Shown here: positions 21,969 through 34,935 of the stretch, piece after piece
Layout of the letters: every line of letters begins with the position of its first letter
Numbering within the stretch: the stretch's first letter is position 1
Assembly: GCF_002105155.1 (NCBI RefSeq)
Contig: NW_019029009.1
Coordinates: 248,001-312,000, forward strand
Source of the DNA: Lobosporangium transversale
Lineage: Eukaryota
Direction: 5' to 3'
Length of the DNA stretch: 64,000 bases
Program-made: the position numbers and the translations under genes
The notes under the pieces: generated by a model
What the model was told of the DNA's origin: nothing
Seen by the model: the letters and a program-made list of their open reading frames with translations, nothing else
Database searches by the model: none

Positions 21969-22847
21969 CGACACCAAAAAGGTGACAGTCGGAAAACATC
22001 GCCCAGATTTTTTAGCGAGATGTAACCCGATGTTGATGGGCTTACCTGTAGTAAAGGATATTCCTCTTCGTCTGTGGACAGTGAGGGTATGTTCACAACC
22101 AGACCACCATATACTGAAGGATGGGATGCGCTCGTTTCCTTCTGGACATGCTTCAAGTAAGTCGTTGGTAATTAGGATGCAATAAGCTCACAGCATTGCA
22201 CGGTTATCAATCCCCTGAAGTATAGTCATATTAACCCTTTATTTTTTTTTGAAAATGTACTTGTGGTTGGGCTTGTGGTAGCTTCGTTTGCAGGGCTAAC
22301 GTACATTTCACTTTGGATGGCAGGGAAAATGCGAGTGTTCGACAGAAGAGGATATTCCCTTAAAGTGGTCCTTTTGATTGTTCCTATCCTTGGTATGGAC
22401 TTAAAATTGACTGTTAATAATAAAAAAGAAAAAGAAAAGAAAAGGTATTCTGATCTTATTCTGCACCACATCCTATCCAAAATAGCGGCATTACTGGTGT
22501 CAATCTCTCGCATCCAAGATTATCGTCATGCAGGAGTAGATGTAACTTGGGGTGGGATTATTGGCATCATCTTTGCAATCTTCGCTTATCTTCAATATTA
22601 CCCTTCACCGACCTCCCCATATCCAGATGTCCCTAACCCACCACGCCACCTTCCATGGATGCCGCGGAATAATGAAGGACAAGGAGCGGGATCGAGTCGA
22701 TTGGAGAATGCTACTGGAATTCAACATAATCATGACCTTGTGGATGAGTCGAGACACGTACAAAATAATAGTGTATATGAAGGACAAGCATATAATGATG
22801 ACGGAGCAAGAGTAGGGACCACTGTTCAGCGTGATAGGGCCGTTTGA
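21506..22847 (+). CDS. PAP2-family lipid phosphate phosphatase (Dpp1/Lpp1-like), 4 exons
   Basis: Catalytic motifs C1 KVTVGKHRPDF, C2 SFPSGH and C3 SRIQDYRH..D, with multiple transmembrane segments. Confidence 0.92.
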
Positions 22848-23416
22848 GAAAGGCACAGAGAATGGACGAGTGAAACAAACCCTACGTAGCAACAATTGCA
22901 GCAGCAACAGTCTCAGTCTGTCTCATGTACAGGATGTAATCGTGTGGCTGCCGATCCTGTTGTGCCAAGATAGGGTTTCCTTTGTTATTTCATAATGAGC
23001 AGATAGAAAATAAATAAATAAATAAATAAAGGAAAGTGGTCTGTGTCAGAGAATGGAAAAAACCTTACTCAAGCCGGCCTTTTTTTTTTTGCAAACAAAA
23101 AAAATTTGCGTTGGACTCTTTTTGGTACATCATGCTCTATCGACGTGCATGTTATTCAGGCACAAGGTTCGGACGCGTAATTGTATTTCCATACTGTGAT
23201 CGATCTTTATTTACCTCATGCTTTTGAATGGATTATTATGTATTATTGCAAAGGCGTAGCGAATTGTATCCACGTACATGTAATTAAATATGTTTTCTCT
23301 GTGCAAGAAAAAAAATTTCCCCACAAAATAAATGCCCGCAATTTTTTTTTTTTTTTTTTTTTTCACACACTCTTTACATACGCTCTTTTCTTCCAGACCT
23401 ACACTCGCATCTAGAC

Positions 23417-26400
23417 ATGCCGGTGTTGAAACAGCGCACCACTCGGCGGAAAGGCCTTAGTGGAGAGAATATCTTGTTACTTGATGAAAAGACTATATTT
23501 TCTTCTGGAGCACATGAAGCTCATCACCAATATCCTGTTGGTAGAAAACAAAAATCTGCTCTGGTGTCGTGGAGTCTCTTCCTAAGCTTTTTATTCCTTT
23601 TAGCATTGATTGCTTATCAACGCCATTACTCTTTACCAACGCCAATCCTCCAGGATCGAGACCCTCAAACAGGTGCACTCGTCTTCTCGGAAGCAAATGT
23701 ACGCAAGTATACAGGGCATTTGTCTAAAGATATTGGATTACGACTCGTGGGAACTGCATCAGCAGATGAAGCAGAAAAGTATTTGGTCAAAGAGATCAAG
23801 GCCCTTCAGCAACAGGCTAAGGTGGAAGCTGCTAGGCAGACCGATGATACTGTTACTACAGGGGCTGAAGGTGCTATGTTCCCCAAATTTGAGACGTGGG
23901 TTCAAGTAGAAGATGGTTCTCATCGCTTTGATTTCATGTCCAAAGGCAAGTTATGGAGAAAAGTAGTAGGGGAGCAATAGATAGGCAGGGAAAAAGAGCA
24001 GAGGATGGTGAAGAGGGGTTTGTGGATTTGAGGCGGATGTTTTGTCATAAAATATTTAAACGGAGGGATGCATTGATGCATGGGGATGATCAATCATGAC
24101 TATTCCATGCTACATGTTTGTGTACTTATTCATCCACATTTATTTATTCTTGAACAAAGAACAGTGGTCATGAAGATGTATACAAACATGACCAATATTA
24201 TTGTCCGACTTTCCTGTGGTCCTGAATGTGACAAGAACGCCATTCTGCTCAATGCACACTATGATACAACCTTGGGTAGTCCAGGTGCTGCAGACGATGC
24301 CCTCGGCGTCGGAGTGCAGATGGAGCTGATCCGTATACTCAGTCAACAGCCTGCGCTCACGAAAAACAGTGTTATCTTTTGTAAGTCTCCCTTTTTTTTT
24401 TTTTTTTTTTTTTTTTTGCATGTGTAAGCAACAATAACATCATCAATAATTTCAACCACTCATTGTGATATGTTTTTAAATGCTTGAAACACATTCTAGT
24501 ATTCAACGGAGGAGAAGAGTCTCTTCAGGATGCATCACATTCCTTTATCACCCAACATGAACTCAGGGGCACAGTAAGGGCGATAATCAACCTTGAGAGT
24601 TGTGGCACCACAGGTCCCGAGATTTTGTTCCAAGCAAACTCTCGTCCTATGATCGATGCTTACAGAAAAGTGCCATACCCACATGGGACTGTGATCGCGA
24701 ATGATGTCTTTGCGACGGGTATCATCCTATCTGACACCGATTTTCGGCAGTTTGTGGACCATGGCAACCTAACAGGCCTCGATATGGCAGTCTACACCAA
24801 CAGCTATCTCTACCATACGCATCTAGATTTGAATGAGCACTTAGCTTCAGGATTGCCTCAACATATGGGGGAAAACACTTTAGCATTGGTTCAGTACCTT
24901 GGCAACAAAGTTGATTTGGCCAATACCAATTTGGAAAAGACTTCAAGCGTAGTCTTTTATGACGTCCTCGGCTTCTTCTTTGTATCCTATTCTGTAAACA
25001 CAGCAGTTCTTTTACATCTAGCAATCGGTGGTTTAGCTCTCTTTGCTCTCGTAACCACTGCTTCTAGGCCGACAATCAAATCAACTCTTTCAGTCTTGGT
25101 CTCTGCAGCCGCTTCGTTAATAGCACCCAATCTGGTTGCGCTTTTGTTGGTGAAGGTGGCTCAGACACCTATGCGGTGGTTCTCACACGAATGGTTACCT
25201 CTTTTGGTCTTCGGGCCAGCCTCCCTAGCTGGAATGTTCTTGGTTCAATATCTATTTCACGATAGCAAAGCCAGTCATTCGGCCAACGAACTAAGTGTCC
25301 TTTCAGGCATCCAGTTCTTTTTCTCAGTAGCAATGGCATCCGCAACGTATGCAGGATTGGCCAGTAGTTATATGGGTGCTCTCTATGCGTTCTCTTATAG
25401 CCTCGGATTGATCTATAATCAAAAACGACTCATTGGAGTCCAACAGCAATATAACAGTATCAAAAACAACGACAACAGTGGCATTAGCAGGAGCAACAGC
25501 AAAGTGAACATGATGGCTTCTGTGGATTTCACTACCTATATCGTTGCCTCCATTATCCCTTCGACTTATTTTTTTTATTCTGCATATAGTCTCCTTGATA
25601 TCATGGTCCCACTCACAGGACGTACTGGTGTAGATACATTTGCTGATCACATTATGGCAGTTGTCTCGGGTCTCTTCATATTCTCGGCTTGTCCACCCAT
25701 CCTGGCATTTACACACAGATTCGGCCAACAGGCACTAAAAAGGATCATTGGAGGGTTACTACTCCTCCAACTAGCAGTATTTATCCTCTCTTCTACATGC
25801 TTGCAGCCATTCGATAAAATGCATCCGAAACGTATCTACGCTCAACATCTCCGGAATCTCACCTCAGGTGAAACACTTGTCTATGTAGCACATGCAGACC
25901 CAGGTCCTATCTACGAGAACTATGTTCAAAATCTAGAGCAACTCTTTGAGACGAAGGCCACGTGGAGGAGTGGAGTCCAAAATCCTGGTGATTGGAACGC
26001 TATCTACCCTTTCTCTCAATTCTTGGATTCCTTTGTCTTGGATACCACACCTTTTATCCGTTCCCAAACAAAGAATCAAACCATTGCCAAGTCGACTAGA
26101 CCCCTTACAGAGTTGATTCAAGATGCACCTAAACTCGTGGCCGAGAACGTATCCTTTGACCCCCAGACAGGTCTTCGTCGACTTCGGATCCTTTGTACTC
26201 ATCCAAACTATATCTTAACGGTCATCAATTTTGATGCTCAATTGACCAGTTGGTCTTTATCATCTGATATCCCTTCGAAGGACCGCTTTCATTATGTCAT
26301 CCGAAACGCGGGAGGGTACAGAGCGGATGGGTGGAGGCTCGATCTAGAATACAAGGCTCCCAAAGGCCCTGATGACAAGTTACGCGTTGAGATCACGTCA

Positions 26401-26553
26401 ATGGAGACAGAGGGCTTCGACTGGCGTGCAGAAAGTGAACGTGAATTAGTGGGCAGTGGAGAGATAGGGGTAATGCGAAAGTTGGTCAAAGCTACACCCG
26501 ATTTTATAGCATTGACTTATTTCAGTACTGTCGCTAGCACATTTGAGCTGTGA
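23417..26553 (+). CDS. M28 family membrane metallopeptidase (ERMP1/Pff1-like), 3 exons
   Basis: N-terminal TM segment, then NAHYDT, SPGAADD, FNGGEE, INLE, IILSDTDFRQF and YHT motifs, followed by a multi-pass TM region and PFDKMHPKR. First intron (23946-24164) is GC-AG. Confidence 0.92.
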
Positions 26554-26809
26554 GTTTTGATCACAATCTTAAAAAATAAAAAATAAAAAAATAAAAATTC
26601 GCGCGTCCGAAAGGGTTTCCCTCCGAAAACGTCCCATCTCCTCGTCTTCAATAGTTTGTTGCTACACCCTTAACCTGCAACTATATATTTTAGCTTCTAG
26701 AAAAGATATTAATTAAATTAATTTAAAGTAGCAATTATGCGTGTATGATTATTATGGCAGCAAAAAAAAGGAAAAAAGTTCATTGCTATTCTTGCATCAA
26801 TCAGCAGGT

Positions 26810-27258
26810 TTAATTGCTTCCTGGTTTCTTGTTCATGAGCCCTAGAATATCATCAATGGAAGGCCCTGTTCCTCGTTTAGGTGGCGGCGGAGGATGTGCA
26901 GACGAATTGGGTGCTGAAGGATAGCTCCGCCGAATCGGGACTACTTGGGAAGCAAGCCTTTCTCGTACAGGAATGTCATATTGCTTCGTAGGACCAGTGT
27001 TGGTCTGACGCATCCCATTTTTTTTTGTGTGTAAAAAAAAAAGTCAATACAGTTGTCAATTGCATTTTTTTTTTTTTTTTCTTTTCATTTTTTACCTTCA
27101 TGCTCATCGGCTTGCTCTTTAAGAACAAACTAGATGTCGGCTTTGGCCGCTTGGGTGACGGTGGCCTTGGGGGGAGAGCATGAATCATTCGTGTACCTGG
27201 TTCTTTAGGCTTCATCAATCGTAATCGAAAAAAAGGTTGTAGTAGTTGGATTAATATC

Positions 27259-27290
<32 letters not shown>

Positions 27291-30200
27291 TCCCTTTATC
27301 GAGCAGCGTGTAAAAAGATACCTGTCGCAGCCCACTAGATGCACTTCCAGCTGATTCTTCATGCGGTCTCTTACCAGCATGATGCAGAGGCTGCTGGGGC
27401 TCAGCTCGCTTTACTGGGCCTGGGCCTCCATCTTTATTCATTCTACTTTCCTCCTGGACAATCTTGCTGTTGTGAAGTGATGATAATGAGGAAGAGGATA
27501 AAGAGGGCTTTCGTTCCAGCTCTGCAGTAGTTCCTGGCAGTATTGGGTAGAATGGGGTTTCTATTATATCCTCCATCATAGCTGTTGGTCTCTCGATCAC
27601 CGTGGCATGCTTAGAGTCATTTACTCGACCATAGAGTTCATTACGACGAGCAACACCAACTTTGGGTCGCATAATATTCCTTGGTGCAGACGCACCTCTC
27701 TTTCCAAATGTATTTGGTGTTACCTAATAATAATAATAATAATAAATATTAATTATATTGCCCTTGATTTGATTTGTGAGGTCTTATGACGCTTTAACAA
27801 CTAGAGTAAGGCATGTTACCTTAGTAAAAAGTCCTCGTTCTTCAGCATCCTTCACCAAGTCTCCCCAAATATTCTCCCTGCGAAGTGTTTCTGCATGTCC
27901 CAGGATAAAGAGCGATTGACGCGCACGAGTTAGAGCAACGTTCATACGTCTGATATCAGCCAAGAAACCCACTGTTCCACGCGTTGAGGCTCGAACGCAT
28001 GAGAAAATGATGATATCCTTCTCTTGGCCTTGAAATCCATCCACAGTGTTGAAATCAACTGCTTCCAGGATTTGCTTATCAAAGGTCCTCTGGAAGCAAT
28101 CTTTTAACATGCGCACCTGCTGCTTGTAAGGTGAGATCACTCCAACTCGCCTAAAGAACTTTGGAAAATAAATAGAATAAAATAAAAATTACGTCTATCG
28201 TGCATATTAAAAATTGTAAAGAGATAAAAAAAATAAAATTGTAAAGTGAAATGAATCATACATTCAGAGTTGGATTGCTGTTACAGAGCCCTTCAAGAAG
28301 AGCTGCTGCTGCCTCAGCCTCAATAGGGTTATGCTGTGAGTGAGACAAACCAATTTGTTCCTGTCCCTGATAAACGTCAAAAAAGCGATATGGTGGTGTA
28401 AGCGGATTGCGATGCCATTCCGCCCTTGTTTTTTCTGCCATACCCGGCCCATCTTTCAATAATGCTTTGTAGAACTCCCGTGAAGGAAATGCACTAATAT
28501 CGGGGTGCATTCGGTATTGAATGCTCAGCAAGTGGACTGAACTCGGAGCAAGGCTCTGAATACGAACGAAGAGACTCTGATTGTATGCATATTTGGTAGC
28601 CAGCTGCGATATTACCGTAGGCGGAAGTTGGTTGGGATCTATTTTTTCCCGTTGTTGTTATCCTTATTAATCTTGAGTTGCAAAGACAAAACCTTTCTCG
28701 TATACTTCAAGTGCAGAGTTTGTTTACTTACCTCCAACTAAAATACACCGTTTGCATCCATACTTTAATGGAATAAGTGAACTGATTTCAACTGATTGAG
28801 CAGCCTCGTCGATGATGACCGTCTCAAACGTAAAAGTGGAAGAAGTCAGTAGCTCATGGCCACTGGCACTTAAAGTAGAGCAAATTACATCAGCCTCACC
28901 CAAGATTTTGTTGCGTGCATTCTTTCGTGCTTGATCCTTCTTTTGCGTAGCATCTGCCTGCTTTGACCGCGCATTATCGAGGTCCTGACCTAGCTGCCAT
29001 TTCGATTTGTTGACAGACTTGATCTTTGATTGCGCATTTGCGATGGCTATATTATCATCCGCATCCTTCGCTTGGACAAGTTCTAAACGAGCTTTTTCGA
29101 GCTCATCCTGAAGCTGTCGCATTTTTTCACGCATTGCAGTCATAGATTGTGCTGCTGACTGGAACTCTTCTTTGGATTCACTAGATGCCTCTAATTCTTT
29201 TGCAATCAGTGTATCTAGCGCCACGTCTTTAACTTCCATATTGATTGTTTCAAGAGTACCAACGCGGACAACTTTAGGCACGAAAGTTCCCCCAACAGTG
29301 TTCCGAATGCCTCCCATAAGTCGCTTCACGATTTCGTCAATAGCAGCATTCGAAGGAGCACAGACCAGGATTTTATTGACAGTTCCTGTTTGTAGGGATC
29401 GTTCCGACGACCGCGAAGGATGTACGACTGGAGTGGCCCGAGATCGAGAACCACCTACCAAAAGCGCCCCCACTAAACCAAGGATCGTCTTGGTTTTTCC
29501 GGTTCCTGGTGGACTGAGGATTTAAAACAGAAACATAGAATCACAATACAAAAAAGTGTATTAGCGGTATGAACATATGAGGACCTTCCTGTCCTACAAT
29601 GACCAATGCGCGACTTACCCTTGGATCAATGTGAACCCTTTGGGCTTTTCAATAGCTGCTACAATAGCTTGCGCTTGAGGTGTGTTAACTTTGTAAGTAT
29701 CCATAACTTTTTGTACGTTATTTATAGAAGGTTTATCAGACGAAGCATTGGGTGGTCTAAGTATATCGTCGCACAATTCATAGTATCTCAAGCCCGCTAG
29801 AGCAGAGTACTCGCGGTGAGTCGGAGTCAGGCTATTGATGAATTGTACGGGCCACGTTAGCCCAAATCAACACCAATTGACAATGTACTATATTGTAAAA
29901 GCCGAAAGGCGGACTTACTTGAGCATCTTTAATACGGACCATGTTGTCTGTGGTCTCATAAACATCAGAGGACTCGTTTCCTCAATTTTTAAGCACGTCC
30001 GGAAGATTACTTCGCATGCACCCTTGGCTTTTGTAATGGCTTGGACCTTGGCGAAGAACGGTTTTGGGCGTTTGACATTTCCTATTGCAGTAAACACATC
30101 TTTGATATTGGGGTCCGCTATCACAACGATATCTTCTACCATAAGGCTGCTCGCTTTGTCCAGTGGGATCTTCATATGCGTATCTTGAAAGTTGTCGACT

Positions 30201-33200
30201 GACACACGATTGACAAACGAAGCCATAACTGAGTCAGACGATTGGTTGACTTCCTCACGTGCACTCATGAGCTGCTGCCAGCATTCTAGTACAAGCAGTG
30301 GCTCAAACGCTTTAACATAGTCGTTTACAGAATCAAACGTCGATGGGACTATCGCATACTCCTTCCCATCTGGCGGCCGATTACCGGTTGCTGAGACTTC
30401 CCATTTCAAGATCTGTGCATGTAGGGCTGCGAGGTTAGGCATCAATCTTTGTTGCCGTTGTGCCTCCTCCAACATCTTCTGACGTCGAACTGCAATCGTA
30501 TCTACAAACTTATTTGGCCCTACGACTTCGTTCAACTCGAGCAATTTGGTCTTACGCGGCTCTTGTGCTTTGTTTCTATTGTTCCATTTTTCCTCCGTGT
30601 CAATAAGACTGCTGAAGCCGTTGTCACCCTCATCAGAATCACTCTCGCTTTCACTCTTCTCAGAATCAGATAACGGGGCGTTTGTGCCATTGGCGAATGT
30701 AGATCTTGGGACCGGATCCAGCCTTGATGCCTGACGAGCGTCTTTTGTTGCCTGTACAATATTGGATCGCTCCCTTCGATGGTCTGATCTCATTTGACTC
30801 AGTTTATTCCCTTTCTTGACAGGTATGGGCTTAGGAGCAGTCTTTGGAGTAGGCTTGGAAGAAATGGCATGGAGTCGGCTCAGAGTCGGCGGGAGCCGGC
30901 GTGTTGCTGAGCCTCCAGCTGGGATCCCACCGCTTGGTCCTGTCGAAGTAAAGTTCAGCTTTGTCTGGAAAGGGTTGTTATTAGAGGTTAATTTGAAAAA
31001 GAAATCTGGACGAGATGTTGAGGTTACTGCAGGCTTTAAATGGGTTGGGGATTCCTTTTTCAAATGTTTCATTTCATTTTCCGTCCTTTCACCACTGAAG
31101 TCCATTTCGTGCAAGTCGACGTCAATGTGGTCAAATTCATCATCCGAAATTACTATAGATTCCTGAGTAACAGCAGGTGGCTCACTTAGCTGTATGGGTA
31201 CCTGCTCGGTTGTTAAATGCCTCTGCTGCAAAGCATGGGACTCCTGTTCTAGAGAGATAGGTTCTAACTCATGAGGATAGGCGACATGGCGACTGAGGGC
31301 GATCCATAGAGTTTCTCGCTGCTCCATGGTCAACAAACTCTTGACTTTGGGATTGCCTTCTGCGATCCTTGTCAGGTATGTATTAACATTATCGTTGATT
31401 AGATTATTATGATCTGCGAGAAGGTCCAATACTGCGCAAACCAACTTGATGGCTGATGTGCAAAGCGCAGTGTCTTGTGCAAACGTCCAGTCTGCCATAC
31501 GCTCCAATCCCGCCTTCATAGCTTCTAGGGGCATTGTCTCTGTTCGAGAGGACGATCGTGGTCGCTGTGCGCCGAAGTCGTCCACAGTGTCCTGCTCTGC
31601 TACTTCGGCATCAACTCCCTGTTTTTCAAACTCTAAAAGACGTTCAAAGTACCGAATCTTGCCAATCATAAGTAAACCAACGTTGGTTACAACCGTCATC
31701 GTTCTGATAGTCTCATTGCGGTCTTGCCGATCTGCCCAAATAGTCCTTCCTGCAAATAGAGCAGCTTTCAGAGCCATCCAGATAGAGTTCCAAAGTCCCT
31801 TAATTAAAGAAATGTGACGAGCTACCTCCTGCGACGACGTGAGGTCCAAGAAAATTTGGAGATAAAGCCCTCCTTCGCCGTCAATTTGGTTAGTAAGGAA
31901 AAGGGTTGTGACAGAGTCCAGTAGAAGTTCAAACAGGATTGCTGGCGTGGCACCTCCCGGACAGGCCCGTTCACGGAACTCCACCAGAATTTTATCGAGC
32001 TCCTCAATACTTTTTTCACCACCGGTTTGGAAAACAAGTCTGAGACATGCAGACCGCGTCACCTCATTCCAGGCGGAGCGCATAATAAATAGTGCTTTTG
32101 TTCTTGTTTCGGGGTCAGGGTCGCACCAAAGCTTCAATGCTTTGACTAGGAACCGTCTGCTATCCTGATTGGCTAACCTCTGAAGCCATTTCTCGCCCTG
32201 GAGAGCAAACCCTTCGAGTAAAACAGTATTTGCTCTGAAGATGATTTCGAGGTTATCATTGAAGGAGTTGCACAGATGGAGGATTTCTGGACTAAAAGTT
32301 GACTTTGTTTCCAATTTGGGTAAAAGCGCTAATGCTGAGAAAGACTCCACCATGGTTGTTTGCCATTCTAAAAGTTGCTCCTGTCCCTGTGCGCTAACAT
32401 GGTTTTGGATTTCTACTGCATTAAATACTGATGACGCTTGCGCCATTCTGAGCCAAATAAGTGGGTTAGATTTCTCAAGTGCTCTGACCTGCGACGATTT
32501 TGCCGCTGTGGTGATCCCTGTAGCATAGTTACGCCACATAATTTCCGTTTCTCGCTTTAAGGAACCCAGTGCAATCGTCTTCCCAGTATTTGAGGCACGA
32601 GTCATCAATCCGCCAATCCTTTGTGCAGTGCTTGATGACAATCCCTGGAGCGCCATTGTACTGGATCCAAGAGCAGTGATTGGCCCCAGCCATGACCAAT
32701 GATCTATAAGTATATTTGTGGTGAGCTCCATCATATCGCCCGATGACTGTTCTTTGAGCAATTGAAGGACAGTATTGAGTATCTCCAGACCATACTCGAG
32801 CTGGATGCTTTCAGGGTCGCGCTCAGAGGCTGTACCTAGTACGATCTGTGTTACTCTCGAGCTGAAGAGCTCACTGACAACATCTAAAAGCCCTTTCGCT
32901 ACCGTAACGATGACTTGGTGAAGGTCAAAGAGACTGGAGGCTGAGTTGATCAAATTGGAAATCCAGGTAGCATACTCTGCATATGCGCGTGAAAGAGCTT
33001 GTGCTGATATTGCATCTTTGTTTAATCTTTCTTTACTGGCCAATGCTGCAATATATTCTAGAGTCCCTTGATGTTTGAAGACATAACGTATAAGCTGTTC
33101 CATGAAGTCTAGATCCTTTAAGGTTTGTTGTTCATCAACTATCCAAAAATTTTGCTTCATATTTCCAAGCAAATGAAATGTGATGCGGCATGTCTCGAGG

Positions 33201-34395
33201 AATACTGCAGGCGGCGTCATAAAGTCCTTGATCGAGGCTAGCAGTTGGGTCTGTAATGTCTTCCATGTTTTTTCGCTGCTATTGACCGCCAGCTTAATCA
33301 CGTCCCGACCCATACTAGAAAGCATTGTGCGGATTGATCTCCAAATACGGACAGGATCGGTTGATAAGGGTAATGTCGTCTTACTACATGAACCCAGTTG
33401 AGCATTTGCCATATCCAGAGCCATTCTCCATATAGTTGAGAATTGCTCCCAACCGGTCCATCTCTCAGGTATCAATGAATCCCCCGAGGCTGCAAGGTTA
33501 GTTGTATATACAGCCCAAGATTGAATAGTAACATCCTGGTGCATCGTTAGCAACCAGAGTCCTGGAAGAACAGATAGAATCTTAATCCGCTTAAGTTGCA
33601 ACATCTGGTTGAGTAAAGTGGACATTGGTTCCGCAATCCGCTTAGAGTAGTCGGGTAAAAGCAGCATTGATGGATCCAAGAGTATTTCACAAATCGCTAT
33701 TTTTTTTCTTTTTTGACTGTTAGGGGCAGATGTTGTCTCTAAGAGAATCTGTACTCTTTTCTGGAGTCGTTTGCAATCCCATTCTAGCAGAGCGTGGAAA
33801 AAAATGTTTACAACATCTGAATCATATTGCTTCAACAGCCTAATGAATTGGGGACGAGATTGAATGAGGAAAAAAGAACTCATGTTAAAAAAGAAATAAA
33901 GAGGTCAAGTACATAAGGGTATGCACATAAAGGAATATACGCAAACCTTGCTAAGTAGACTCTCCGATCCTGTAAATATGATTCTGTACAGTCCAAGCAA
34001 CAACTTAGCACATTCTCCATCAATTCTTTGAAGTGGCTGAGAGAACTGTTTTCGTCTAAAGAAAATATATGTAGTAACTCAATTGCGATAGGTCGGAGGT
34101 CAGGTTGGCACCACCAATGTAAACAAGGTTCCTGCAGGAAGAGCGCTAGAGATTCTGAAAGCAGCTCCTGCAAGACTTCAAGAGGTACTTCCAACTGCTT
34201 GAAGCGGTCTGCGAGAATCTTGAGCTGAGAAATTAGCTGGGGTGAAGGTGAGTCATTTAGCGCAATGGTAGTACGGTCTACATGCTCTGAATGACTTGAA
34301 TGGTTTGCATTGTTTGCATTGTCCGGGTTTGCATGGGCAGCATTGGTGGCGTGTGTGGCAGCAGTAGTCGAGACCTTGTCGTGGTCCTGAGGCAT
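26810..34395 (-). CDS. SEN1: Sen1/senataxin SF1 RNA/DNA helicase, about 9 exons
   Basis: Sen1 N-terminal domain (HWWC, CLDC) and helicase motifs IQGPPGTGKT, CAPSNAAIDE, IIDEAAQ, GDPNQLPP, QYRMHP, TVDGFQGQEKD, RMNVALTRAR. Confidence 0.93.
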
Positions 34396-34935
34396 ATTAG
34401 AAGAAGAATAGAGTACAGGTCATTCACCTAGGGGCTTTTTATTGTTTACTAGTGTCAACAATGAAGGCGGCAGTCGGCGGTCCAGACGTTGGTAATAGGA
34501 ATGATAAACAGAACAAACAATGGTTGCTTATTGTTCTTGTTGTTCTTATTGTTTAAAGGGGACTAACAAAAAAAGCGCCACCATTTTTTACGCTCTCTTT
34601 TTGGAAGATAGGATGGTCGCATGTGTTAACACGCAGACAACGACACACACCCTCTTTTTATACGAGTCCTGTATTGAATTTTACCAATCCCTTTTTCGCG
34701 CTCTCACATCCCTGTATTTTCCTTCAATAGACACGCACCATATTCTCATCACAGCCAGGTTCAAGTGAGGAGCCTATTCCTTCGATATAAAAAACGTCTC
34801 CGCATTCACAACAAAAACGCAGGGACACGACTCTTTTTCACCCTTGAATATTAATAAAAACGACCATCCTCTCACTAGTAATATTCTACGCAACAAGGAC
34901 AATAAACGGGTCATTCCTAGGGCCATTGATTTTGA

